The notes under the pieces were generated by a model. That model saw only the letters and a program-made list of their open reading frames with translations, was not told the origin of the DNA and did no database searches. Below are positions 1-10,430 of a stretch of 64,000 bases of DNA, piece by piece. How positions within the stretch are numbered: the stretch's first letter is position 1; every line of letters begins with the position of its first letter. The stretch comes from Opitutales bacterium (GTDB taxonomy: Bacteria; Verrucomicrobiota; Verrucomicrobiia; Opitutales; CAXXNP01): NCBI GenBank assembly GCA_963665345.2, contig OY762281.2:1216163-1280162 (forward strand), read 5' to 3'. A program made the translations under genes and the position numbers.

Positions 1-849
1 GCGGTAGAATCGCCGGTTGATGGCGTGCTCAGGGAGTGGAAGACCTCCGTTGACGATTCCGTGTCGTTGGGGCAGGAGATCGCAGTTATCGATATCGAAG
101 CTGACAAGAGCGTGGTGGCTGGGCCGAAGCCGTCCCCCGCTGCGGTTCCCCATCGACGGGCGCCTGTTTCACCGTTCGTTCAGTCCGGGGCCAAGAGCCC
201 CCCGCCGGCCCTGACTGAATCGATCACGTCGCGGTCTAAAGGCGTCCTTCCGGCCACAATTTCCATGAGCGCTAAATGGGAAGCGGTTCGGAAAGCGCGC
301 GAATTTGTTAAATCCACCCGGTATGAGGGCTCGCCTACCCCCTCAGCAATGGTAGCCTGGTGTATCGTCAGGGCGTTGGAAAAGCACTCGAATTTCCGTT
401 GTCTGATCCTGGATGACGATACCACGGTGGAGCAGAAGGATTTCGATCTCGGGCTGGCTGTGGCGTGGGATGACGATCAGCTTTCGACGGCGGTAGTCCA
501 GCAGGCCAACCGGCTGAACTGGTTCGACTTTCTTTTTGCCTACGAAAACGGTGTTAAGGGGGCGCGAGACGGCAGGGTGATGTCTAAGGCGAACGCGCCC
601 TTCATTTTAACCAGCATGGGCCCTTATGGGGTGCGCACCGCTACGCCAATCGTGGTGCCTCCGGCTATGGCGACATTGTTTATCGGGACGAAGTATTACG
701 AGGTTGTCGGCTCCGAGAACGGATTAAACGTACAGGAAGTCGTAACTCTTACCCTTACCTTTGACCATCGATTCGTAAATGGCGCCGGCGCCGCCGCATT
801 TTTGCGTGAGATTCAAAACCGCTTGGAAACGTTCACCTTACCGGAGTAG
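1..849 (+). CDS. 2-oxoacid dehydrogenase E2 component (dihydrolipoamide acyltransferase), 5' end cut by window edge
   Basis: Frame 1 is open from base 1. It shows the tail of a lipoyl domain (ESPVDGVLREWK...EIAVIDIE), a Pro/Ala linker, then the acyltransferase catalytic domain with active-site motif DHRFVNGAGAAAFL. Confidence 0.85.
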   Translation, partial: AVESPVDGVLREWKTSVDDSVSLGQEIAVIDIEADKSVVAGPKPSPAAVPHRRAPVSPFVQSGAKSPPPALTESITSRSKGVLPATISMSAKWEAVRKAREFVKSTRYEGSPTPSAMVAWCIVRALEKHSNFRCLILDDDTTVEQKDFDLGLAVAWDDDQLSTAVVQQANRLNWFDFLFAYENGVKGARDGRVMSKANAPFILTSMGPYGVRTATPIVVPPAMATLFIGTKYYEVVGSENGLNVQEVVTLTLTFDHRFVNGAGAAAFLREIQNRLETFTLPE

Positions 850-916
850 GTGTAGTATGCAATTGGCAGATGCCGTCAATACCCTGTCCGATAGTTAGAG
901 CCTGTTCGAACGGGCT

Positions 917-3900
917 CTAGCCGGCTACCGGATCCCGCAGTCGGTGAGTGATCGCCCCTACCTGCATCTGCGCGATTTCTTCGGGAGCGAGGCGGTTGGG
1001 ATAGAGCAGAGGGAGGCGTTTTAAGGGCTCCGAGAGACAAAGATTGCGGTTCGCGGTTACTTCGTCGATTCGATCCACGGGTGTAAAATGGGGAGTGTTC
1101 TGAAGCACCTCAGGGGTAGCTCGCACAATGCTGAGAATCTCGGATACGGCCTCCGCAAAGCGGTCTAATTCAGCCTTGGAGTAGCTTTCGGTTGGCTCTA
1201 TCATCATGCCGAACGCTTCCGGCCAGGCTACAGTGGGAGCGTGAAATCCGAAATCGAGAAACAGCTTGCCCAGGCGTGGAATGGCGGCGGCGCGGGAAAT
1301 GCCGACTCGCTCGAGGCTCCTGAAGGCTTCTTCATCCAGACTCAGGATGAATTCATGCATGCGCGGTACGTCGTCGGCGCCAATTGGCAGCGCCAGGTAG
1401 TCTTCTTTCAGTTTCTCAAATAGGTAGCGGGATGCCAGCACCGCAACTGCCGACATGCGCCGAACGCCTTCTCGCCCGAGTCGCAATAAATAGGCGTAAC
1501 ATCGAATCTTGTGGCCGAAATTTCCCCAATGCCGGTGAAACGAGCCGATGCTCTTTTGGGGACGGCGGGTATTGTAGCGGCCCTCATGCAGGTCGACCTG
1601 GTATCCCGGTAGAAAGTCCGACAGGCGTTCACTGACGGCCACGATGGCATCGCCGGGACCGCCCCCGCCATGAGGTATGGTCCAGGTCTTGTGGAGATTG
1701 TTGTGGACGGCATCCACGCCCATGGCGCCGAGATCGACCCAACCCGCGATGGCGTTCATATTGGCGCCGTCCATGTAGACCAGGCCGCCCACTTCATGGA
1801 TCTTATCGGCGATCGTCTTGAAGTGCGATTCGAAGATCCCGCTGGTATTCGGGTTCGTAATCATGACGCCACTGATGTGATGGCCATGGCGCGCAATGGC
1901 GTCGTTCAGTGCGTGCATATCGACGAGCCCGGCATTGTCGGCGTCGAGTAGGCATATACCGGCGCGCCGGCCATTGACGGTTCTATTCGGGTAACCGGCC
2001 ATAACAGCGGTGGCAAAATTCGTCCCGTGTGCCGACCGGGGGATCAATATGACGTCACGTTCCCGGTCATCCCGGTCCCGATGGTAAGCCTGAAACATCT
2101 TGATGCCGACCAGTTCGCCCTGGGCGCCGGCAACCGGTTGGGTCGTAACGGCGGCCAACCCGGTGATCAACTTAAACCACTCTTGAATTTCAAACAGTAT
2201 TTCCAGAGAGCCCTGGGCATCTTCAATGGGCGCTTGAGGATGCATATTGGCAAAGCCGGATTGGTTTGCCGCCCAATCGTTGAGGTAGGGGTTGTATTTC
2301 ATGGTGCACGATCCCAGTGGGTAGCAGCCATCATCCGGGCTCACATTGAGATCACCGAGGCGCCTGTAGTAGTCCTTGATCTCTGTGATCGGAAATTCCG
2401 GCAGAGCAGCAGGTTCCTGACGCAGCAGGTGGGCAGGGATTGGGGCTACAGGGAAACTGTGCTGACCTGAATCAACTTTGGGGGCGACCCCACGCAAAAA
2501 TTCGATCAGCGAGTCGATGTCGGCCACTCGGTCCGAAAAGGACAGCTTGAGCAGGTGGCGAGAGCGTCTGCGAAGTCGATCCGACACATCGACTCCGAGG
2601 TGTAAGCCGGCATCGCCGGCGCACGACAGAATTCCCGCAATGGGAGAGCCCAGCTCGATGACGAACTCGTTAAAAAAGGGAGCCTCTGGAAATGCTAAGC
2701 GGACGCCCGTCTCGGACTGCAGGCGGGACGCCGCAACCTGGGCCTGTCTGAGGGATTGCTCGATGGCGCTCTGTAGACCGGATTCTCCGCGGGCTAGAAG
2801 TGCCGCTCCAGCCAGAGTGGCCAGAAACGCCTGGTTCGAGCAGATATTCGATGTGGCTCGCCCTTTCCGAATGTGCTGCTCTCGCGTGGCAAGAACCATG
2901 ACCCGGCATTCGCGCCCCGCCAGGTCCAGCGCTTTGCCCACGTAGCGGCCCGGAGTGGCCCGGATGGCGGAGCGTGCCTGCGCGTTATAGCGCACGCCAA
3001 AGAGCCCCAGTCCCGGTCCCCCAAAATTGGGACCGATGGCGAGGTGCTGCCCTTCTCCCACGATGAGATCGGCCCCCGTTGTCCCGAATTCGGAGGGTGG
3101 CTTCAGTCCTCCTGTTCCGAGTAAAATTGGATCGATCACTGCCACAGCAAGGGCTCCATATTGATGCGCCCGATCGGTCAGTTCATCAACATCTTCGAGA
3201 ATGCCGAGATTGTTGATCTGGGGAAAAATCAGGGCCGCGCAATCAGCTCCCAGCGCCTTCATTTCCGCGGCCGCGCCACTGATCGCAATGCGACCGCTTT
3301 CAGTGTCGAGGGGAACCGTTCGCAAAATCATATCTGTGCCGGTGGCCAGGGTCCGGATTACTTCGAGATCGCCGGGATAAAGCGCCTCCGGTATCAGAAT
3401 CGTCGTTGCCGAGCGCTTGATCCGGAGAGCCGTGGAGGCGGCTTCAAAAAGGGCCGATGCGCGGTCGTAGAGCGATGAGTTAATCGCTTCAAACCCAGTC
3501 AGCATGGCGATGAGACATTGGTAGATCCAAAGCGACATGAGAGTGCCTTGGCTTCGCTCCGGTTGATAGGGAGTGTAGGCCGTGGACAATTTGCGGAGGT
3601 TGGCTACATAGGGGACAATTTCATGCACCGAGTAAGCCGGCAGGCCGTCGCCCAGGAATGATTCCTTTATGGTGTTGTTCTCCGCGAGGTGCCGCAGCTT
3701 TGCGGCCACCGCGTCATATTCCAGTTCTTCGGGGAGCCCAGGCGCCGGTTCAAAGAGGATGTCTTCGGCAAGATGAGAGTAGAGTTCGCCAAGCTCGCCG
3801 ATCCCGATGGCCTGTGCCATCTTTTTGATATCCTGCGCGCTAGCCGAGACGTAGTGTCGATTCAGTTCTCTCGGTAAGGAATTCGGATCGAAATCGAGCG

Positions 3901-3922
3901 TCGGCGCAGTCAAGTCGGACAT
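917..3922 (-). CDS. gcvP: glycine dehydrogenase (decarboxylating), single chain with GcvPA-like and GcvPB-like halves
   Basis: 1001 aa. The N-terminal half has TAYTPYQPERSQG. The C-terminal half has GSCTMKYNP and the PLP-lysine motif NNLHKTWTIPHGGGGPG. Confidence 0.95.
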   Translation of the reverse strand: MSDLTAPTLDFDPNSLPRELNRHYVSASAQDIKKMAQAIGIGELGELYSHLAEDILFEPAPGLPEELEYDAVAAKLRHLAENNTIKESFLGDGLPAYSVHEIVPYVANLRKLSTAYTPYQPERSQGTLMSLWIYQCLIAMLTGFEAINSSLYDRASALFEAASTALRIKRSATTILIPEALYPGDLEVIRTLATGTDMILRTVPLDTESGRIAISGAAAEMKALGADCAALIFPQINNLGILEDVDELTDRAHQYGALAVAVIDPILLGTGGLKPPSEFGTTGADLIVGEGQHLAIGPNFGGPGLGLFGVRYNAQARSAIRATPGRYVGKALDLAGRECRVMVLATREQHIRKGRATSNICSNQAFLATLAGAALLARGESGLQSAIEQSLRQAQVAASRLQSETGVRLAFPEAPFFNEFVIELGSPIAGILSCAGDAGLHLGVDVSDRLRRRSRHLLKLSFSDRVADIDSLIEFLRGVAPKVDSGQHSFPVAPIPAHLLRQEPAALPEFPITEIKDYYRRLGDLNVSPDDGCYPLGSCTMKYNPYLNDWAANQSGFANMHPQAPIEDAQGSLEILFEIQEWFKLITGLAAVTTQPVAGAQGELVGIKMFQAYHRDRDDRERDVILIPRSAHGTNFATAVMAGYPNRTVNGRRAGICLLDADNAGLVDMHALNDAIARHGHHISGVMITNPNTSGIFESHFKTIADKIHEVGGLVYMDGANMNAIAGWVDLGAMGVDAVHNNLHKTWTIPHGGGGPGDAIVAVSERLSDFLPGYQVDLHEGRYNTRRPQKSIGSFHRHWGNFGHKIRCYAYLLRLGREGVRRMSAVAVLASRYLFEKLKEDYLALPIGADDVPRMHEFILSLDEEAFRSLERVGISRAAAIPRLGKLFLDFGFHAPTVAWPEAFGMMIEPTESYSKAELDRFAEAVSEILSIVRATPEVLQNTPHFTPVDRIDEVTANRNLCLSEPLKRLPLLYPNRLAPEEIAQMQVGAITHRLRDPVAG

Positions 3923-4058
3923 TTCGATTAAATAATTTGACAGCCTACAACGGTGTATTGCTATGCGATGGCGAGCCTTTGAGGATAGGTTCTAGTCTTA
4001 AATCCTCCATCTGCAACTTGTGATTTCAAAATTGACCGGCTCATGGTAAGCCAACGGC

Positions 4059-4712
4059 ATGACACTGCGGGAGCGCACATCTTTTATCCTGCGACGTTTG
4101 GGTGAGCTCTACCCGCGTCCGCCTGTTCCCCTCTACCACCGGGATCCCTTCACCTTGTTGGTAGCCGTCCTGCTGTCCGCCCAGTGCACGGACGCACGCG
4201 TGAATCAGGTGACGCCCTTTCTTTTTGCAGAGGCAGCTGATCCCGAATCGATGTGTCGGTTACCGGTTTCAAAGATTCTGGAGATCATCCGGTCATGCGG
4301 TCTCGCGCCCACCAAGGCAAAGGCCATTGCGGGACTTTCCTGCATCTTGATGGAAGCTCATGGCGGCCGGGTGCCGGATCAGCTCGATGCCCTGGAAGCC
4401 CTGCCGGGTGTAGGACATAAAACGGCTTCGGTCGTGCTCACCCAGGCTTTCGGACTACCGGCTTTTCCGGTCGATACCCACATTCACCGCTGTGCTCAGA
4501 GATGGGGCCTGACTAAGGGGAAAAATGTGCGACATACCGAAGAGGACCTGAAGCGATCCTTTCCCCGCGAATCATGGCGCGACCTGCATATCCAGATTAT
4601 TCTTTATGGCCGTGAGCACTGCACCGCGCGCGCTTGCGACGGCACCCGTTGTGAAATTTGCCGGACATGCTATCCGAGAAGGAGGAGGCCGGTAAAGACG
4701 AGGAAAGCCTAG
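4059..4712 (+). CDS. nth: endonuclease III (DNA-(apurinic/apyrimidinic site) lyase)
   Basis: HhH-GPD signature LPGVGHKTASVVL...FPVDTHIHR and a C-terminal Cys cluster CTARACDGTRCEICRTC. Confidence 0.9.
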   Translation: MTLRERTSFILRRLGELYPRPPVPLYHRDPFTLLVAVLLSAQCTDARVNQVTPFLFAEAADPESMCRLPVSKILEIIRSCGLAPTKAKAIAGLSCILMEAHGGRVPDQLDALEALPGVGHKTASVVLTQAFGLPAFPVDTHIHRCAQRWGLTKGKNVRHTEEDLKRSFPRESWRDLHIQIILYGREHCTARACDGTRCEICRTCYPRRRRPVKTRKA

Positions 4713-4731
4713 CCGAAATCGCTGATTTCGG

Positions 4732-6099
4732 TCAGCTACTTTCCCCTTGTTTGGTCGAGAATACCGCGGTTTTCCTCAACGCCATGACCTTTAGCAAGTT
4801 CCTGATGCGGTCCGTAGTCCCCTCCGATTTATAGCTACCTGTGGGACGCCGAAAGTGGACTCTTCCCGCGCCCTTGCAACAGCTTGCGAACGCTCTGGCG
4901 AATCCGTTCACCTTGAGTGGCGAGCTGCTCGTCACCTGTCTCGGAGAGGTGCTCAGATTCTTGAGCACGCGAATGATGTTGCGATCGCTCAAGGGTTTGC
5001 CGGGCTCACTCTCTAGGAGTGATCGAAAAGCCTCTCTCATTTCGGCGTAATTGCCGGGCCATTCGTAAATGCGCACGAATTTGAGCGCGGCTTCGTTCAG
5101 AAAGAAAAAAACGGGATTCTTCTGATCCGTAAATTCCGGCATGATGACTTCGTTGAGAAGAAAAATGAGGTCATAGGCGCGTTCCTTCAGCGCGGGAATG
5201 CGAATTCGTTGTGCGTGCGTTCGTTCAATAATGAGGTTGCAGAGGCTCTCTTCCCCTTCTTCGGATTTATTGTTGTTTACGGCGCAGAGGAGAAGACGGA
5301 ATCCCCACTCGGAGGAAGTCTTTCTCTCTTGTCTGGTTAGGACATGCAGGATGCCATTCACTTGCTCGCGATTGAGTTCGTGGGCGTCCTCAACGATGAT
5401 GGTGTGTGGGCAGTCGTTCTCAGTTCGCTTGAAGGATTCCCAGGAGATAATGTCTTTGGCGGTGACGTCTGCGCCATTCACGTAATGTAGCGAATCTTCT
5501 TCCGCCGCGCCGGCCCCAAGTATACTGGCCGCCATTATCTTGAATTCGGATCCGTTGGGCCCCTCAATAAATAGGGTGGGCTCGAAGTTGGCCACTTGGC
5601 AGATCTGCTCGCCCAGCTCAACCGCCTTTTCCGATCGGTCGAATTGGTAGAGCGGAAAGAGTCGATCTGGATGAGCTCGAACAAATGGGAAACGCGTCTG
5701 TTGGGGTCGGAACTTGCCTTCCATTGCTTGGCCCGCCGCCAGCGTTTTTTTCACCCGGCGAGAAAAGTTGTCCAGACGCACCGGCTTTGGAAAAAATCCG
5801 GCAATCCCGTATTCCGAAACGTCCGAAACAAACCGCGGGTCGAGGTTCTCAGATGCCACGAAGATTGGCGTCTGTGGTTGTGTAAGCCGGAACTTCCGGA
5901 TGAAATCAAGTCCGTTGATTGCTTCGCAGTGATCACATATGAGCAGGTCGTGTTGAACCCCCGCACTTGCCTTAATAGCGTCGTCCACCGACGAGACCTG
6001 TGTCACGTTAATCTCTTCAATGAAAGTCGTTAAGACGTGTACGACGCACTCCATCGCCACCTCCGAGTGATCAAGTAATAATATCTGTCGTTCACTCAT
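4732..6099 (-). CDS. response regulator with receiver domain and a degenerate sigma-54-activator-like (AAA+) central domain
   Basis: The ORF is open to 6327, but the receiver domain begins at the ATG at 6099 (MSERQILLLDHSE...). The central region is colinear with NtrC-type AAA+ domains (RIPALKERAYDLIFLL, YEWPGNYAEMREAF). Walker A reads GPNGSEF and no GAFTGA motif is visible. Confidence 0.6.
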   Translation of the reverse strand: MSERQILLLDHSEVAMECVVHVLTTFIEEINVTQVSSVDDAIKASAGVQHDLLICDHCEAINGLDFIRKFRLTQPQTPIFVASENLDPRFVSDVSEYGIAGFFPKPVRLDNFSRRVKKTLAAGQAMEGKFRPQQTRFPFVRAHPDRLFPLYQFDRSEKAVELGEQICQVANFEPTLFIEGPNGSEFKIMAASILGAGAAEEDSLHYVNGADVTAKDIISWESFKRTENDCPHTIIVEDAHELNREQVNGILHVLTRQERKTSSEWGFRLLLCAVNNNKSEEGEESLCNLIIERTHAQRIRIPALKERAYDLIFLLNEVIMPEFTDQKNPVFFFLNEAALKFVRIYEWPGNYAEMREAFRSLLESEPGKPLSDRNIIRVLKNLSTSPRQVTSSSPLKVNGFARAFASCCKGAGRVHFRRPTGSYKSEGTTDRIRNLLKVMALRKTAVFSTKQGESS

Positions 6100-6710
6100 G
6101 ATTTGAATTTCTGTTTCTTTAGTTGCTTCTCCTCGCAGTTGTTTTTGCGTGGCTGCGCTTTCCTTCTCTCGTAACAGCCATACACTGTTGCCAAATTGTG
6201 CTTCTTTCGTTGTTAGGGACTTTACCCTAATTCCACTCGAGAGCAAGTCGTATGTAGTTATAAACCAGTATTTTACAGCTTTTTTGTAAAATCGCTGTGA
6301 AACCACGGTTCGGGTTAAGCGAACCATTGAATCGGCATTAGCAAGGTCCCTTCAGGGTATCCTCTCTAGGCGGATCTTGTTCTGCCTTTCGCCGTCGCTT
6401 GTCCCGAGCAAGGGCGAGGCAAGTGCCTCATACTTCTGGATTTGCATCATGTCGCGTTCTCGATAGTGAGCCGACCGGGCCAGACGTGTGTTGGACTTAC
6501 GGTCCGACACAATCGCTCCGAATAGGCCACACTCTATCGAAGGGCATGATTTACCCTGTGTCAGGTTGACACAGGAGGGGGAGATCGGTCGTAAAAATGG
6601 CACAACAAGCGTCTGCGGGACCATGGTGTTCTAGAGGGGAGGAGCGGCCAGGATCCGCTTGTAGAACAGTTTCAAGGGCGATCTGGCTGGATAACTACGG
6701 GAACCTGAAA

Positions 6711-6727
6711 TTGGAACGGAAGTTGCA
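6711..6727 (+). promoter_or_regulatory. candidate sigma-54 (-24/-12) promoter upstream of clpB
   Basis: TTGGAACGGAAGTTGCA differs from the consensus YTGGCACGrNNNTTGCW at one position, with GG-N10-GC spacing. The GC lies 20 nt upstream of the clpB ATG, which implies a very short leader. Confidence 0.4.
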
Positions 6728-6745
6728 ACCAGGTAGGGAAGACTC

Positions 6746-9352
6746 ATGAACTTAGATTTTAATCGATATACGGAGAAGGCGCGTTCGGCGGTCCTCGAAG
6801 CGCAGATTCGGGCGCAGAGTGAGAACCATATGGACGTAGATGGCTGGCATCTACTGGCAGCGCTGGTGGCGCAGCAAGGCGGCATAGTATCGGCTATTCT
6901 GGAGAAGCTAAAGGTTTCGCCAAACGCGGTCGAACTAGCGCTGGACCGGGAGTTGAAGCGCCTTCCCTCTGTCCAGGGCGATGTGGATGCGTCGCGCATA
7001 TCTGTCAGACCGATCGTAGAGAAGGCACTCAGCGGCGCGGAAGCTTTGGCTGAGCGGATGAAGGATGGGTATATCAGCGCAGAGCATCTGTTTTTGGGCC
7101 TGCTGGAGGCTTCTTCGTCAGAGCCGTTGGAAAAATTCTTCGCCAATTTCGATATCACGACGGCGAGAGTTCTGGAATCCCTGAAGGAGGTTCGAGGCAA
7201 CCAGAGAGTTACGTCGCAAAACCCGGAGGCAGTGTATCAGGTTCTGGAGAAATACGGCATCGATCTGTTGCAGCAAGCAAAGAAGGGGAAGCTTGATCCG
7301 GTGATCGGCCGGGATTCGGAAATACGTCGCGTTATCAGGATTCTATCGCGCAGGACCAAGAACAACCCCGTTTTGATTGGAGAGCCAGGGGTTGGAAAGA
7401 CCGCCATTGTAGAAGGTTTGGCGCAACGTATTTTACGGGGGGACGTGCCCGAGGGGCTGAAAGAGAAAACGGTATTCGCGCTCGATATGGGCGCGCTGCT
7501 GGCGGGCGCGAAGTACCGAGGCGAGTTTGAAGAGCGGCTCAAGGCGGTTTTGCAGGAGATTAAGAGTAGCGATGGCCAGATAGTGCTATTTATCGATGAA
7601 CTACATACCATCGTGGGGGCGGGACGGGCGGAAGGCGCAATCGATGCCGGCAATCTGCTCAAGCCCATGCTGGCGCGTGGGGAACTGCATTGTATCGGCG
7701 CGACTACCCTGGACGAGCATCGCAGGTATATTGAAAAGGATGCGGCCCTGGAGCGGCGTTTCCAGACCGTGATGGTCGATCAACCCAGTGTAGAGGACAC
7801 GATCTCGATATTGAGGGGTCTCTGCGAGCGCTTCGAAGTTTACCATGGGGTAGGTATTCGGGACAACGCGCTGGTCAGTGCGGCAGTCTTATCGAATCGC
7901 TACATCAGCGAACGGTTCCTGCCCGACAAGGCCATTGACCTTGTCGATGAGGCTTGTGCTATGATCCGGACCGAAATGGACAGCCTTCCGACGGAACTCG
8001 ACGAATTGAATCGCCGTGTAATGCAGTTGGAGATTGAGGAAACTGCGCTTGGCAACGAGAAGGACAAGGCGAGCCGCGGCCGGCTCGAGGAACTTCGAAA
8101 AGAACTCGCCGAGGCCCGAGAGCAGGCCGATGTTCTTCGCCATCGATGGGAGAACGAGAGAGCCTCGGTCAATGAAGCAAGGGACCTACGCGTGAAGATC
8201 GAGGAAGCGAAACAGGAAATGGCAAGCGCCGAGCGCAATTACAACCTGAACCGGGTGGCCGAACTGCGGCATGGCGAGCTTCCGCGGCTGGAAGCTGAAC
8301 TGGCTGAACTCGAGCAAGAAGAAGATAGAGATCGATTGCTCAAGGAGGAGGTCTCTGCGGATGAGATCGCCGAGATTGTTTCGCGCTGGACTGGAGTGCC
8401 GGTAAGCCGGCTGGTGGAAGCTGAAAAAGAAAAGCTGCTTCGGCTCGAAGACCTGCTTCACGATCGCGTGGTGGGCCAGGACGAAGCGGTTCAGAATGTT
8501 GCGGAGGCTGTCCTGCGGGCGCGTTCGGGCATCAAAGATCCTCGTCGTCCAATTGGGAGTTTTCTCTTTCTCGGTCCCACCGGGGTGGGAAAGACGGAGT
8601 TGGCCAAGACCCTGGCCGAAGCGCTTTTTGACAGTGAAGAGAATCTCGTCCGGCTCGATATGTCCGAATACATGGAAAGACATTCGGTGTCCCGCCTGAT
8701 TGGTGCGCCGCCTGGATATGTGGGCTACGAAGAAGGAGGGCAGTTGTCTGAGGCGGTTCGGCGGAAGCCGTATTCGGTCATTCTCTTTGATGAGATTGAA
8801 AAGGCCCATGCGGACGCTTTTAACCTCCTTCTGCAGATAATGGATGACGGCCGCATCACGGATTCACAGGGGCACCTGATCGACTTCAAGAATACAGTCG
8901 TTATCATGACGTCGAATATAGGCAGCCGCTACCTGACGGAGGGGGTAGTTGGCGCAGAGGTGCCGGAATCTGTTCGGGAATCGGTTTTCTCCGAACTCCG
9001 GCAGGCATTTCGTCCGGAATTTCTCAACAGGGTGGACGACATTATACTCTTCAAACCATTAGCTTTAGAAGATATCACGCAGATCGTCGATCTGCTGATA
9101 AAGGATCTCAACGCACGCTTGAAAGACCGACGCATGGAGGTAAGATTTGCTAACGGTGCACGGGAGTGGGTAGCCGAGCGCGGCTACGATCCGGTGTACG
9201 GGGCGCGGCCCTTGAGGCGATTCATCCAGAAGCAGCTCGAGAATCAGCTGGCGAGAGCTATCATCGCCGGGGAAGTAGCCGACGGCGAAACGATTTGCTT
9301 CGGCGTGGAAGATGGCAGGTTGAATCGGGTTGAAAATGCAGGCAACTCCTGA
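6746..9352 (+). CDS. clpB: ATP-dependent chaperone/disaggregase ClpB
   Basis: 868 aa with a Clp N domain and two AAA+ modules ([15 protein letters not shown]; [12 protein letters not shown]). A long coiled-coil M-domain sits between them. Confidence 0.97.
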   Translation: MNLDFNRYTEKARSAVLEAQIRAQSENHMDVDGWHLLAALVAQQGGIVSAILEKLKVSPNAVELALDRELKRLPSVQGDVDASRISVRPIVEKALSGAEALAERMKDGYISAEHLFLGLLEASSSEPLEKFFANFDITTARVLESLKEVRGNQRVTSQNPEAVYQVLEKYGIDLLQQAKKGKLDPVIGRDSEIRRVIRILSRRTKNNPVLIGEPGVGKTAIVEGLAQRILRGDVPEGLKEKTVFALDMGALLAGAKYRGEFEERLKAVLQEIKSSDGQIVLFIDELHTIVGAGRAEGAIDAGNLLKPMLARGELHCIGATTLDEHRRYIEKDAALERRFQTVMVDQPSVEDTISILRGLCERFEVYHGVGIRDNALVSAAVLSNRYISERFLPDKAIDLVDEACAMIRTEMDSLPTELDELNRRVMQLEIEETALGNEKDKASRGRLEELRKELAEAREQADVLRHRWENERASVNEARDLRVKIEEAKQEMASAERNYNLNRVAELRHGELPRLEAELAELEQEEDRDRLLKEEVSADEIAEIVSRWTGVPVSRLVEAEKEKLLRLEDLLHDRVVGQDEAVQNVAEAVLRARSGIKDPRRPIGSFLFLGPTGVGKTELAKTLAEALFDSEENLVRLDMSEYMERHSVSRLIGAPPGYVGYEEGGQLSEAVRRKPYSVILFDEIEKAHADAFNLLLQIMDDGRITDSQGHLIDFKNTVVIMTSNIGSRYLTEGVVGAEVPESVRESVFSELRQAFRPEFLNRVDDIILFKPLALEDITQIVDLLIKDLNARLKDRRMEVRFANGAREWVAERGYDPVYGARPLRRFIQKQLENQLARAIIAGEVADGETICFGVEDGRLNRVENAGNS

Positions 9353-9459
9353 ACCCTTGTTTCCTTCAATTGCTTATTGTCAGAGTGAATTTAATTACGA
9401 AACACCTCACCTGGTTGTATCTTTCGGGCCGCGCCCGAAATTCCGGGTAAAACAGGGTT

Positions 9460-10371
9460 ATGGGGAGCGACCCCATCTATTATTTCAATCGCTATACCGG
9501 TAAAGTCGAGCAGGAGCGGGTTTACGGTGAAAGCTGGCTTCGCTGGGCCTATGAGACGCGACCCGGTCGGCTGGCCACGACCCTGTTGGTAAAACGGCAT
9601 TGGTTCTCGCATTGGTACGGGTGGCGAATGCGTGGGGCAAGAAGTCGGCGATTGATCATGCCATTCGTACGAGATTACGGCATCGATGTGAGGGAATCTC
9701 AGCGCCATCCCGAAAAATATGATTGCTTCGATGCATTCTTCTGTCGCCGCCTCAAACCCGAGATGAGGCCAATCTGCGGAGACAAGGACACCGCAGTGTT
9801 TCCCGCAGATGGCCGGCATCGGATTGCGGGTGCGGGTCTTCACGATGCCGGAATAGAGGTCAAGGGCGAGCGGTTCGATTTGGAACGACTTCTGGGCCAT
9901 CGCGATCTGGCCAGGCTCTTCCAAAACGGCACGTTGATCACTTCGCGCCTCTGCCCGATCGACTACCACCGTTTTCACTTTCCTGTTTCAGGTAAACCAA
10001 TACGAAGGGAGCGTGTGAATGGTCCTCTCTTCTCAGTCAATCCGTTGGCTCTTAAGCTCCGCCCGGGGATTCTGGTAGAGAACAAGAGAGAACTCTCGGT
10101 TTTAGAAACCGAAAGATTTGGTTTTGTCGTCATGGTGGAGGTGGGTGCCACATTTGTGGGCACCATTGCACAGACGTTCGAAATGGGAAAATCGGTCAGG
10201 CGAGGTGAGGAGAAGGGCCATTTTTCCTTTGGAGGTTCGGCGATTGTTACGCTTTTTGAGGCGGGCCGAGTCGATTGGGACGACGACCTCAAGGAACACT
10301 CCGCGAAGGGCCTGGAAGTGTACGCGCGTATGGGGGACCGGATGGGGAGGATGGGGGAAGGCGGAAGTTAG
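9460..10371 (+). CDS. psd: phosphatidylserine decarboxylase proenzyme
   Basis: Psd family length and layout. The self-cleavage Gly-Ser site sits in HFSFGGSAIVTLF near the C-terminus. Confidence 0.9.
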   Translation: MGSDPIYYFNRYTGKVEQERVYGESWLRWAYETRPGRLATTLLVKRHWFSHWYGWRMRGARSRRLIMPFVRDYGIDVRESQRHPEKYDCFDAFFCRRLKPEMRPICGDKDTAVFPADGRHRIAGAGLHDAGIEVKGERFDLERLLGHRDLARLFQNGTLITSRLCPIDYHRFHFPVSGKPIRRERVNGPLFSVNPLALKLRPGILVENKRELSVLETERFGFVVMVEVGATFVGTIAQTFEMGKSVRRGEEKGHFSFGGSAIVTLFEAGRVDWDDDLKEHSAKGLEVYARMGDRMGRMGEGGS

Positions 10372-10430
10372 AAAGCATCGGGCGGGGAGCATCCGTGGTA
10401 GGAACGGGTCGTTCTCAATCGATAGGGTCA

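Noticed and set aside
897-918. Hairpin AGAGCCTGTTC/GAACGGGCTCT between the convergent E2 and gcvP genes, considered as a bidirectional terminator
   Set aside because: The stem is real (one G·T pair). However, it has essentially no loop and no U-tract on either strand, and it overlaps the gcvP stop codon. That is not enough to call a terminator.
3923-4058. Glycine riboswitch upstream of gcvP
   Set aside because: The 136-bp leader (read on the minus strand) lacks the tandem GGAGAG…ACCGAAGGGGCAA cores and is too short for a tandem aptamer.
6352-6624. 90-aa minus-strand ORF in the regulator/clpB divergent spacer
   Set aside because: It shows no motif and no obvious start context, and it lies in the likely promoter region. 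It was treated as non-coding.
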